From Candidatus Lustribacter sp. (lineage in GTDB: Bacteria; Vulcanimicrobiota; Vulcanimicrobiia; Vulcanimicrobiales; Vulcanimicrobiaceae): a DNA stretch of 64,000 nucleotides. Positions within the stretch are counted from its first letter, which is position 1. Every line of letters begins with the position of its first letter. The position numbers and the translations under genes are program-made. The stretch spans positions 56,987 through 120,986 of the forward strand of contig JBEKXE010000001.1 of the NCBI GenBank assembly GCA_049512335.1, read 5' to 3'. This document shows positions 21,014 through 30,534 of this stretch, one piece after another. The notes below the pieces were generated by a model. The model was given only the letters and a program-made list of their open reading frames with translations, was not told the origin of the DNA and searched no databases.

Positions 21014-21726
21014 TCCGGATCTATCACACCTCCGATCTGCACGACCGGCGGCACATCGCCGCACCGTTGCGCCGCTTGCGCGCGGAGCGGCCCGGACTGC
21101 TGGTCGACTGCGGCGATTCGCTGCGCGGCTCGCAGACCGTGTACCACCGGCGCGAACCGATCGTCGACGAGCTCGATGCGGCCGGCTACGACGTCACCGC
21201 CGTCGGCAACCGCGAATTCCATTACCTCTTCGGCTTGGTCGGCCGCCGGCTACGCAAGATGCACCACCCGGTCGTGTGCGCGAACCTGGTCGACGTGCGC
21301 GGGCGCCCGCTGCCCTTCGCGGCCGAGGTGCAACTGCGCGCACACGACGGCGAGGACGTGCGCTTCTTCGGCCTGCTCGTGCCGCAGTATCCGAACGGCT
21401 CGCCGTGGGAGCGCGTGTTCGGCTGGCGTTTTCTCGACCCGCCGGCGGTTGCCGCGGAGATCGCGCGCACGACTCCGGCCGGAGTGACGCTGGTGGCGCT
21501 TTCGCACCTGGGGTTGCGCGCCGACCGCGCGTTGGCCGCGGCCGTTCCGCAACTCGATTTGATCTTGGGCGGCCATTCGCACGACACGACGCCGGAGCCG
21601 GAGGTCGTCAACGGCGTGCCGATCGTGCATGCCGGTCCGTACGGCGCGTTCGCCTCCCGCACCGAACTCGTGCGCGACGGGGCGCGCGCGCGCATCACCG
21701 CCTTCGACTTGTTGCCGCTGACGTGA
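21010..21726 (+). CDS. Stand-alone metallophosphoesterase of the UshA / 5'-nucleotidase N-domain type; candidate UDP-2,3-diacylglucosamine hydrolase
   Basis: MPE motifs TSDLHD, CGDSLRG, GNREFH (a variant of GNHEFD), LSHLG and GGHSHD. ATGA overlap with the lpxB stop and GTGA overlap with the next gene. Confidence 0.6.
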   Translation: MIRIYHTSDLHDRRHIAAPLRRLRAERPGLLVDCGDSLRGSQTVYHRREPIVDELDAAGYDVTAVGNREFHYLFGLVGRRLRKMHHPVVCANLVDVRGRPLPFAAEVQLRAHDGEDVRFFGLLVPQYPNGSPWERVFGWRFLDPPAVAAEIARTTPAGVTLVALSHLGLRADRALAAAVPQLDLILGGHSHDTTPEPEVVNGVPIVHAGPYGAFASRTELVRDGARARITAFDLLPLT

Positions 21727-22814
21727 GCGGACCGGTATTGTTCGTCACGAACGGACACGGCGAAGCCTCGATCGCGGCGCGGATCGCGCACGACCTGCGG
21801 GCCCTCGCGCCGTTGCGAACCGACCATCTCGCGCTGGTCGGCGAGCGTTTCGGAGGAGGGGATTTTGCCGATGTGGGACCGCAGCGCGCGATGCCCAGCG
21901 GCGGCCTCGTTGCGATGGGCAACGTCCGCGCGTTCGCCCGCGATCTGGGCGCCGGTTGGCTCGGCTTGTTCCTCGCGCAACTGCGTTTTCTGCGCGCCGC
22001 CGGCGCACGTTATGCGGCCGTCGTCGCGGTCGGCGACGCGTACGCGGCGGCGCTGGTGCGGTTGACGCGCCGGCCGTGGATTTTCGTCGGCACCGCCAAG
22101 AGCGAATACGTCGCGCCGTACGGGCTAGTGGAACGCGCGATCATTACCGCCGCGACGCGCATCTTCGTGCGCGACGCCGTCACGGCCGACGCGTTGCGGC
22201 GGCACGGCGTGCGGGCCGAAGCGCCCGGCAACGTCATCGCGGATCTGCCGGTCGAGGACGGCCGCTACGCGTGGCCGGGACCGGTGCGGATCGCGCTGCT
22301 GCCCGGCAGTCGCGAACGCGCGTACGCCGACGCCGGCCGCATCCTGGAGATCGCGGATCGCGTCGCGGCGCGCGTCCCCGGCGTCGCGGCGGTGCTCTCG
22401 CTCGCACCGGCGCTCGATCCGGCGCGCTTCGCACCGCTGTTCGAGCGATATCCGCACCTGGGCGCGTGGACCGGCGGCATCGGCGGCATCCTCGCCGGTG
22501 CGACGCTGGCGATCGGTCAGGCCGGCACCGCCAATGAAGCCGCGGCGGCCTGCGGCGTCCCAGTCGTCGCGCTCGAGCTGGACGGCGACCGCCGCGGCGG
22601 CTGGTACCGGATGCGCCAGGAACGGTTGCTGGCCGACGCGATGCTGGTGGTGCCCGGCGATCCGGCCGCCGCAACCGACGCGATCGTGACGCTGCTGAAC
22701 GATCCGGCGCGGCTGGCCCGGATGGGGGCCGCCGGACGCGAGCGCATGGGACCGGCCGGTGGGGCCGCCGCGATCGCGCGGGCGATCGCCGGCGTCGCGG
22801 CGGCCGGAGCATGA
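21723..22814 (+). CDS. LpxB-related GT-B glycosyltransferase paralogue
   Basis: LLPGSRERAY and GQAGTANEAAAACGVPVVAL parallel the LLPGSRSGEI and SGTAVLEAALLEVP motifs of the lpxB in this window. Resembles the family catalogued as lipid-A-disaccharide synthase-related protein. Confidence 0.55.
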   Translation: MSGPVLFVTNGHGEASIAARIAHDLRALAPLRTDHLALVGERFGGGDFADVGPQRAMPSGGLVAMGNVRAFARDLGAGWLGLFLAQLRFLRAAGARYAAVVAVGDAYAAALVRLTRRPWIFVGTAKSEYVAPYGLVERAIITAATRIFVRDAVTADALRRHGVRAEAPGNVIADLPVEDGRYAWPGPVRIALLPGSRERAYADAGRILEIADRVAARVPGVAAVLSLAPALDPARFAPLFERYPHLGAWTGGIGGILAGATLAIGQAGTANEAAAACGVPVVALELDGDRRGGWYRMRQERLLADAMLVVPGDPAAATDAIVTLLNDPARLARMGAAGRERMGPAGGAAAIARAIAGVAAAGA

Positions 22815-24034
22815 CGTTCCCCGACCGCGCCGTCGTGGCCGCGATCGTCTTCATGTACGTGGCGATCCCGCTCTACGGCACCTTCGAGGTGTTCGATCCG
22901 GTGCGGCTGCCGATCCCGGCCCTGGTGTCGCTGCCGGGCGCCGTCGCGATCGCCCTGGCGATGCTGGCGGCCGCTGCGATCTGCACCTGGGGCGCTTTCC
23001 GGCGGCCGGCGCCGCGGCGGATCGTGCTCGCCCAGCTCCTGGCCGGTGCGGCGATCGTGCCCGCCGCGCTGCTCGGGTTCGACCCGGCGACCGGGTTCGA
23101 ATTGGCGCTGATCGTGCTGGCGATGGGTATCGTGGGCGTCGCGCTCTACGGCTACTCGGCGCTGCCGGGCGTCACCCGGACGATCGTGGTGGCGTGGCTC
23201 GCCTCGGCCGCGGTCGCGGCGGGCGTGGCGCTCGCCATGATCCTCAGCCGCAATCCGGCCGCGCTCTACGCCTACAATAACGGCCGCGCCGTCGGCACGT
23301 TCCTCAATCCCAACGAGCTGGCGGCCTACCTGCTGGTCGTGCTGGGATTAGCCGCCGGGGTCACCGGTTACACGCGCAACCTGCCGCTGCGCGTGCTGGC
23401 CGGGGTCACGCTGGTCACCGGGTTGCTGGTGCTCGGCGCGACGTACTCGCGCTGGGGCGTGCTCTCGGCGCTGGCCGGCCTCGCCTTCTTCGCCCTGCTG
23501 GCCGGCAGCCGGCGGATCTGGATCGGCCTCGGCGTGGTCGCGGTGCTGGCGGGTGCGTTGATCGTCGCGGCTCCCGGCGAAGCCGAACACCACGATCCGC
23601 GCGACGACACCTCGCGCATCGTCGCCTGGACGACCGGCGTGCGCACGTGGCTGGCCTTTCCGCTCACCGGCGTCGGGCCGCTCGCCTTCCGGCGCACCTA
23701 CGACGTGCTGCGCCCGCCCGAGGCGCCGGGCGGCGAGGCGCCGGTGGCGTTCGATCCGCACAGCCTGCCGTTGGCGTATCTCGACGAGTCCGGGCTGGTC
23801 GGCCTGATCGCCCTCCTGTGGTGCTGGTCGGTCTACGTGCGCGAGATCCCGCGCGTGCTGCGCGGCGCGGACCCGCGCCGGCGAGCGCTGGTCTACGCGC
23901 TGGCCGGCGGGCTCGTCGCCCTCAACGTGCACGTGCTGGTGAATACGATCAGCATCTACTTCGCGCTGGCGCTGCAAGGCCTGGCGCTGGCGCTCGCGCT
24001 CGCGCAACGGGATCTCGATGCGCCCGCCGCGTGA
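22811..24034 (+). CDS. O-antigen ligase / Wzy_C-family polytopic membrane protein
   Basis: About 10-12 hydrophobic helices. YSRWGVLSALAGLAFFAL and the periplasmic-loop motif FDPHSLPLAYLDESGLVGLIALL are typical of WaaL/Wzy_C. Confidence 0.7.
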   Translation: MTFPDRAVVAAIVFMYVAIPLYGTFEVFDPVRLPIPALVSLPGAVAIALAMLAAAAICTWGAFRRPAPRRIVLAQLLAGAAIVPAALLGFDPATGFELALIVLAMGIVGVALYGYSALPGVTRTIVVAWLASAAVAAGVALAMILSRNPAALYAYNNGRAVGTFLNPNELAAYLLVVLGLAAGVTGYTRNLPLRVLAGVTLVTGLLVLGATYSRWGVLSALAGLAFFALLAGSRRIWIGLGVVAVLAGALIVAAPGEAEHHDPRDDTSRIVAWTTGVRTWLAFPLTGVGPLAFRRTYDVLRPPEAPGGEAPVAFDPHSLPLAYLDESGLVGLIALLWCWSVYVREIPRVLRGADPRRRALVYALAGGLVALNVHVLVNTISIYFALALQGLALALALAQRDLDAPAA

Positions 24035-24571
24035 GCTGCTGCTGGTGGCGCTCCTGACCGCCTGCAGCCGTCCGCCGGCGCCGCCGGCAGCGCCGTCCGC
24101 CGTTCCCGCGCCGACCCCGACGCCGACGCTCGTCCCGCTGCACGTAACCAGCAGCGGCGGGACCGGCCAGCCGACGATTCTCAGCGAGATGAAGCATAAC
24201 CGGACGATGTACGTCGTGCGCGCGCGATCGTTCGTCGCCGATTCGGTGAGCGGCCAGGCCGCAAGCGGCAGCGGGTCCTTCGTCCAACCGCAGATCACCT
24301 TCGTCGACCGCAGCGGCGCGCAAACCGTCGCCGACGCGCCGGAGGCCGTCTTGACGGGCGCCGATAAAAGCGTGCTCATGACGGGCGGCGTGCACGCGCG
24401 ATCGCAAGACGGGAACGTTTTGTCCTGCGATCGTCTCCGGTATGACGGATCCACGGAACGCATCCACGGCGACGGCCACGTGGTGGTGACGACGCCGTCC
24501 GGCCTGACGCTGGTCGGTGACGAGGTCGACGGCGACTCGCGCTTGGACAACGTGCGGGTCTATCGCCGCCC

Positions 24572-24575
<4 letters not shown>
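24018..24575 (+). CDS. LptC/LptA-like (OstA-fold) lipoprotein
   Basis: Lipobox LLTAC, a Pro-rich linker and a beta-rich ~130-aa body. Lies directly upstream of lptB with an ATGA overlap. Confidence 0.5.
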
Positions 24576-25312
<737 letters not shown>

Positions 25313-25320
25313 GCGCGCAG

Positions 25321-25430
25321 TTTAAAGGCGCTCCGCCCCAGGCTCCGCGCCCCCCACGCCTAGGGCGTGGGGCCCCCATGTCTCGAGCGTCGTCACGATG
25401 ACGGCACGGGAAACATTCCCCGGGGTACGC
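25321..25430 (-). repeat. About 110-nt repeat element, copy A (reverse complement of copy B)
   Basis: The reverse complement aligns with 49668-49775. Shared blocks are CGGGGAATGT(T/C)TCCCGTGCCG, GGGGGCCCCACGC-loop-GCGTGGGG and a 27-nt identical block CGCGGAGCCTGGGGCGGAGCGCCTT. Contains the hairpin CCCCACGCC-TA-GGCGTGGGG. Confidence 0.8.
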
Positions 25431-25469
25431 TTGCTCCATTTGTTGCGTGCAGAACTCGAGCCGTTGCAC

Positions 25470-26567
25470 GTGACGATTCTGGACCGGTATCTCGTGACGG
25501 AGCTGACCGGGCCGGTGCTGTTCGGCGCCGCCGGGTTCACCTTGATCTTCGTCGCGACGCAGCTGCTCGCGATCGGGCGGCTGGTGTCCCAAGAGAATCT
25601 TTCGCTGTGGATCGCGATCGAGTACTTCTTGTGGCAGATGCCGTCGTTCTTGCTCGACGTGATCCCGATGGCGATGCTGTTCGGCATGTTGCTGACGATG
25701 GGACGGCTGTCGGGCGACAGCGAGATCACCGCGCTCAAAGCCGGCGGCGTCTCGCTCGCGCGAATGTTTCTGCCGCTGGCGGTCGTCGGTCTCGGCGTCT
25801 CGTTCTTCGCGCTGGTCATGCAAGAAGCGCTCGTGCCGCTCGCCAACGACCGGGCGGCATATCTGCGCGAGTCGGCGATCGAGCACGTTTCCCCGGCGGC
25901 CTCGAACCTCTCGGCGGTGACCGACCTGCCGGGCGGCGGCAAGCAGGTCACGATCGCGGGCGGCCTCGACGCGCCGACGCAAACGCTGATCAACGTCACC
26001 GTGCTGCAATACGACGCCGACCAAGAACTCAAGGCGATGATCGTCAGCAAACGCGCGCACTACGACCCGCCGACGTGGAATTTCGAAGACGCGACCACAT
26101 ATCATTTCAACGCCGGCGACGTGTCCGAGAAGATGGTGACGCCCGGAACGCTGTCGGTCGACATCGGCGAGCGGCCGAGCGAGATCGCCAAGCGCAGCCT
26201 GCAGGCCAACGACCCCGAGAACCTCTCGCGCGGCGAGATCAAAAACGCGCTGGACAACGCCACCCTGAGCGATTCGCAGCGCCGCCTCTTCACCGCGACG
26301 TATGCCTCGAAACTGGCCCGGCCGTTTTCGGCGTTCGTGTTCGTGCTCTTCGCCTTTCCGCTCGGCATACGGCGCATTCGCGGCGGCGGCGCGGCGCTCG
26401 GGTTCGGCCTGGCGCTGGTGATCGTGTTCGTGTACTACGTGATCATGGCGCTGGCGCTCTCGTTCGGCAGTCTGGCGCTGTGGCTCGCCGGGATTGCGGC
26501 CTGGACGCCGAACGCGCTGTTCAGTTTGATCGGATTGTGGCTTCTGCGACGGGCGTCGGCGGTCTGA
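25470..26567 (+). CDS. LptF/LptG-family LPS export permease (only copy in the cluster)
   Basis: The GTG start gives V-TILDRYLVTELTGPVLFG, a typical YjgP/YjgQ N-terminus, with six predicted TM segments and a periplasmic beta-jellyroll insert. The ORF-track start at 25398 would translate the repeat element. Confidence 0.85.
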   Translation: MTILDRYLVTELTGPVLFGAAGFTLIFVATQLLAIGRLVSQENLSLWIAIEYFLWQMPSFLLDVIPMAMLFGMLLTMGRLSGDSEITALKAGGVSLARMFLPLAVVGLGVSFFALVMQEALVPLANDRAAYLRESAIEHVSPAASNLSAVTDLPGGGKQVTIAGGLDAPTQTLINVTVLQYDADQELKAMIVSKRAHYDPPTWNFEDATTYHFNAGDVSEKMVTPGTLSVDIGERPSEIAKRSLQANDPENLSRGEIKNALDNATLSDSQRRLFTATYASKLARPFSAFVFVLFAFPLGIRRIRGGGAALGFGLALVIVFVYYVIMALALSFGSLALWLAGIAAWTPNALFSLIGLWLLRRASAV

Positions 26568-27502
26568 TGGGTGGGCTGCTGGTTGTCCTGATCATCATCG
26601 TGCTCGCCGGCGGGATCGCGTACGTCGGCGATCGGGTCGGTCACCAAGTCGGCCGGAAGCGGCTGACGCTCTTCGGTTTGCGGCCGAAGTACACGTCGAC
26701 GATCGTGGCGGTCGGGACCGGCATGCTGATCGCGCTGATCGTCACGCTCGGCGCGCTGGCGGCATCGAGCTACGTGCGCACCGCGTTCTTCCGCTTGGGC
26801 ACGCTCTCGGCGCGCATCAACGAGCTGCAAGCCCAGGCCCTCTCGCAGGAGAAGGAGCTGCAGCAAACGCGCAGCGGCAGCCTTGCCGTTCCCAAGTTCA
26901 CGCTGATCGCGAACACGGCCTGGACGTTCGACCTGACCAAGAGCGACGCCGATCAGCTCGACGACTTCAGCCGCTTCTTCGACGCGGCGGTGCGCATCGC
27001 GAACCAGCAGCTGACGACGCCGGCGATCGGCTTGCGCCCCTATCCCCACGCGGCGAGCGAGCCGGCGATCCGCGACGCGTTGCTGCAACAGCTCAAGGAA
27101 ACGCGCGAGCAGACCTCCGACCCGAAGGCGTTGATCTTGTTCTTGCCGGTCGCTTCGCAGAATCTGTTCCGCGGCGAGGTGATTTCGTTCTCGTTCGAGT
27201 CGTTCGAAGACAAACGCCTCGCCGTCGCGGGCGAGACGCTGGCCTCGCTCGACATCAACGGCGGCGCGCCGAGCGTCGACATCGGCGCGCTGGTGCTGCG
27301 AGCGGGCCAAACGCTGGCCGCGCGCGGCTACCCCCCGCAGTTTCTCTACCCGCCGCTGATCAACAGCACGCAGGTCCAGGCCGTGACCAGTGAGATCCCG
27401 CGCCTGCGCGGCCGCTACCGGTTGATTGCCAAGACGCCGATCGATCTCTACCCGCACAGCGGCCCGTTTCCGATCGACGTCGAGCTCGAGCCGATCCGCT
27501 GA
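26567..27502 (+). CDS. DUF3084-like membrane-anchored coiled-coil protein
   Basis: N-terminus MGGLLVVLIIIVLAGGIAYVGDRVGHQVGRKRLTLFGLRPKYTS, then a second TM segment and a coiled coil. One-nt overlap (TGATG) with the lptF/G stop. Confidence 0.5.
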   Translation: MGGLLVVLIIIVLAGGIAYVGDRVGHQVGRKRLTLFGLRPKYTSTIVAVGTGMLIALIVTLGALAASSYVRTAFFRLGTLSARINELQAQALSQEKELQQTRSGSLAVPKFTLIANTAWTFDLTKSDADQLDDFSRFFDAAVRIANQQLTTPAIGLRPYPHAASEPAIRDALLQQLKETREQTSDPKALILFLPVASQNLFRGEVISFSFESFEDKRLAVAGETLASLDINGGAPSVDIGALVLRAGQTLAARGYPPQFLYPPLINSTQVQAVTSEIPRLRGRYRLIAKTPIDLYPHSGPFPIDVELEPIR

Positions 27503-27894
27503 TGCTGCTCGGCGTCGATCCCGGCACGCGCAAGGTGGGCTACGCGGTGGTCGAGCGGCTCGGTGCGCCGCCGCTGGCGTTGGGCATCGTGCCGCTGGAC
27601 GAGTTCGGCGCGCGTCTGACCGCGTTGCGCGCGGATTTTTCGATCGACATGGTGGCGATCGGCCACGGCACGAACGGCTCGGTCGTGTCGGCTGTCGTGC
27701 GCGAGGCGGGGTTGCCGTTCACCATCGTCGACGAGCGCGAGACGACGTTGCGCGCGCGGGCGCGTTTCTTTGCCGATCATCCGCCGCGCGGCTGGCGCAA
27801 GCTCGTTCCGCGCGGCATGCTCCTCCCCGACCGGCCGATCGACGATTACGCCGCGCTGCTGATCGCCGAACGGTACCTGCGGCCCACCGCGTAG
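27502..27894 (+). CDS. RuvC/YqgF-like RNase H-fold nuclease (resolvase-like), 130 aa
   Basis: MLLGVDPGTRKVGYAVVE N-terminal catalytic Asp motif, with later IVDERETT and DDYAA acidic motifs. Confidence 0.5.
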   Translation: MLLGVDPGTRKVGYAVVERLGAPPLALGIVPLDEFGARLTALRADFSIDMVAIGHGTNGSVVSAVVREAGLPFTIVDERETTLRARARFFADHPPRGWRKLVPRGMLLPDRPIDDYAALLIAERYLRPTA

Positions 27895-30534
27895 ATGGAC
27901 CGCCGCGCCGTCGTCGTGGCCGCCGCATTGGCCGCCTGCGCGCTGGCCGGCGTGCGCTCGAGCGCCGCGGCCACGCCGTTGGCCGACGTGCCGGCGAACC
28001 ACTGGGCGTACGCGGCGATCCAAACGCTCTCCGCCGACGGGCTGATCGACGGGTATCCCGACGGTTCGTTCAAGGGCGATCGGCCGCTCACGCGCTACGA
28101 GATGGCGGCGATCGTCGCGCGCGTCATCGCGAAGATCGAAGCGGCCGGCGCCGGCAGCGCTTCGAAGACCGATCTCGACGCGCTGCAGAAGCTGATCGAC
28201 GCGCTCAAGGACGAGCTCGACGGGCTCGGCGTGCGCGTGACGAGCCTCGAAGACGCGGTCGCTTCGCTCGACCGGCGCACGCGCGTCGCACAATCGATCG
28301 CCGTGCACGGGACGGTGCTCGGCAACGGCTCGCTCGGCGACGTCACCCAGCAGCCGAACTCCGTACCGAATGCGACGGGCGTCCCGCAAACGCCGTATTA
28401 CGCGCCGGCGGCGGTGCCGAACGGCGGGATCACCGGGATCGATCAATTCGTCAACGTGTACGAAACCTCGCCCGACGACAACAACCCGCTCGACGAATTG
28501 GCCGGTCCGCAGACGCTGCTGCGCACCGATGCCCGCTTCGATTTCATCTACACGATCGACGAGAACGTGACCGTTTCGGTACCCGTGCACGTGATCGATT
28601 ACGGCTCGACGGCGAACGGCGGCCAACAGTTCGCGATCTCGCCCGACGTGGTTGTCGATGTCGCGCAGGCCGGCGCGTTCACCAACCTCACGCTGCGCGA
28701 AGCGCAACTGGACAACCTCGACTCGTCGCGCCTCGGGCTCACCTATCGCGCTCCCGACGCGGGTCAGCAGAACGTCTACCAAAACGCGACGCAGCCGTTT
28801 CCCAACGGTTTCGAGATCGGCGGCATCCTCAACGGGCTGACGACGTTCCAGCTGTCGTTCTCGCGCGTCGACCAAACGTTGCTCAACACGCAGAGCTTCC
28901 TGCCCACGGCGAGCGGAAACCCGTTCGCCAACTCGTATCTCGCGCCGGTCGTACCCCCGCAAGGCGGCCTCCTCCAAACGGGTTCGGGACCCACGATCGA
29001 CTCGTTCACCGCCGGTCCGGGTGGGCTCGCAGCGGTGTATTTGAGTAAGAAAGCCGTGGCGGGAAGCGTCGGCATCCTCTCGTACTCGACGCCGGCCGGA
29101 CCGGCGCGGTCGCCGCAGTTCACGTACATCGACAGTACGAACGAGGTCGTGTTCGCCATCCCGCTGCCGCCGGGCGCGCACGTCGCGATCGCTTACACCG
29201 GCCTCAGCTACAGCAACAACGTGCTCCCGCAGCGCTACCAAGCCGGCGTGCGCATCAACCAGCAGTTCGCCGGTCTGCCGGGCGCGGAAGTCGGCTTGAC
29301 GCTGCACGGCTTGTGGGACGAAAACTTGCCCCAAGGCACGACCCCCGGGGCGGTTGATATCGGCCCCGACGCGTATCCGGCGGGCGACTTCGGAGCGGTC
29401 AGCGACAGCGTCTTCGGCCTCGACTTTCAATTGCCGTTGGCCTTTGCGCGCAGCAACGCCGCGGTGACGGCGCCGCTCCTGTTCGGGGAAGTCGCCGGCA
29501 GCCGCTCGACGCCCGATCAGCAACTGGTGGCCTACACCGGCGCGTACGCCGGCGTTGCCGGGCTCAAGCTGAGCTTCGGGCGCGCGCAAGCGACGCTGCA
29601 GTACCAGTCGATCGGAACGAACTATCTCGACGGCGCGCCGGTGCGCTTTTTCGGCAACGCGCCGCCGACGTGGGCCGATTATTCGGGCGACTTCTTCCCG
29701 CAGTTTTTCGGCTTCGCCAACACGCTGGGGATCAACCAAACCTTCGACGCGTCGATCAATGCGCTCGCGCCGGGCCGTTCGGCGACCGCGTCGAATCCGG
29801 CGCTGACGTTCATCTACCCGGTGTTCAACCCGTTCGTCGCCGGCGGCCCCGACTTCTACAGCGCGTTCGCGCCGAACACGCAAGGACCGTCGCTGACGCT
29901 CGGCGTGCCGGTGCGCATCGCGGGCCTGGCGATCGACGGCCGGTTGTTCGGCCAGCATCTCTCCGAGCTGCAAGCGAACGCCAACGCGACCAGCACCTTC
30001 GGGCCGCAGTATCCGTCCGGCGTGCGGGCGACGTTCGACAAGCTCGACGCCGGCGCGACGTTCGGCCTGGGCGCGGTTTCCGTGAACCTTTCCGGCACGC
30101 TCGACCACCTCAGGCGCAACGACACGACCGGCTACACCTACATTCCGTACAACCCCGGCACCGCGAGCTACGATGCCGGTGCGCTGGCGAACTACCAGCT
30201 GGCGGCCGGCGCGTCGAGCGTCGTGTACTATCCCAACTACGTGAACCTCTACCACACGATGCTGGCGGCCGGCGTGTCGCTGCCGTTGACGCACGACGTG
30301 CAGTTGAACACGCGGTATAGCGATCAGCGCTACTTCGGCTCGTACGGCACCACGCTGCAGCAGAACATCGGCGGCACCAAAGACCAGCTCGATTTCGGGC
30401 TGAACTACAGCGTTCCCAAGACCTCGAGCTCGATCGGTCTCACGTTCCGCAACTCGACCTACAAAGACGCCGCGCTGTCGAGCTTCAACCTGTCTGCGAA
30501 TCGCGAGGACGTGAACTTCACGATCCGCTTTTGA
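27895..30534 (+). CDS. SLH-domain outer-membrane porin / OM-peptidoglycan tether (OmpM / SlpA-like)
   Basis: Signal peptide, SLH domain (VPANHWAYAAIQTLSADGLIDGYPDGSFKGDRPLTRYEMAAIVARV), coiled coil (DLDALQKLIDALKDELDGLGVRVTSLEDAV) and a ~700-aa beta-rich barrel region ending VNFTIRF. Confidence 0.75.
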   Translation: MDRRAVVVAAALAACALAGVRSSAAATPLADVPANHWAYAAIQTLSADGLIDGYPDGSFKGDRPLTRYEMAAIVARVIAKIEAAGAGSASKTDLDALQKLIDALKDELDGLGVRVTSLEDAVASLDRRTRVAQSIAVHGTVLGNGSLGDVTQQPNSVPNATGVPQTPYYAPAAVPNGGITGIDQFVNVYETSPDDNNPLDELAGPQTLLRTDARFDFIYTIDENVTVSVPVHVIDYGSTANGGQQFAISPDVVVDVAQAGAFTNLTLREAQLDNLDSSRLGLTYRAPDAGQQNVYQNATQPFPNGFEIGGILNGLTTFQLSFSRVDQTLLNTQSFLPTASGNPFANSYLAPVVPPQGGLLQTGSGPTIDSFTAGPGGLAAVYLSKKAVAGSVGILSYSTPAGPARSPQFTYIDSTNEVVFAIPLPPGAHVAIAYTGLSYSNNVLPQRYQAGVRINQQFAGLPGAEVGLTLHGLWDENLPQGTTPGAVDIGPDAYPAGDFGAVSDSVFGLDFQLPLAFARSNAAVTAPLLFGEVAGSRSTPDQQLVAYTGAYAGVAGLKLSFGRAQATLQYQSIGTNYLDGAPVRFFGNAPPTWADYSGDFFPQFFGFANTLGINQTFDASINALAPGRSATASNPALTFIYPVFNPFVAGGPDFYSAFAPNTQGPSLTLGVPVRIAGLAIDGRLFGQHLSELQANANATSTFGPQYPSGVRATFDKLDAGATFGLGAVSVNLSGTLDHLRRNDTTGYTYIPYNPGTASYDAGALANYQLAAGASSVVYYPNYVNLYHTMLAAGVSLPLTHDVQLNTRYSDQRYFGSYGTTLQQNIGGTKDQLDFGLNYSVPKTSSSIGLTFRNSTYKDAALSSFNLSANREDVNFTIRF

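Noticed and set aside
25398-25469. N-terminal extensions of lptF/G (25398) and minD (49739) in the ORF track
   Set aside because: Both extensions are translations of the two copies of the ~110-nt repeat in opposite orientations, so they cannot be homologous protein sequence. Family-typical N-termini start at 25470 and 49775.
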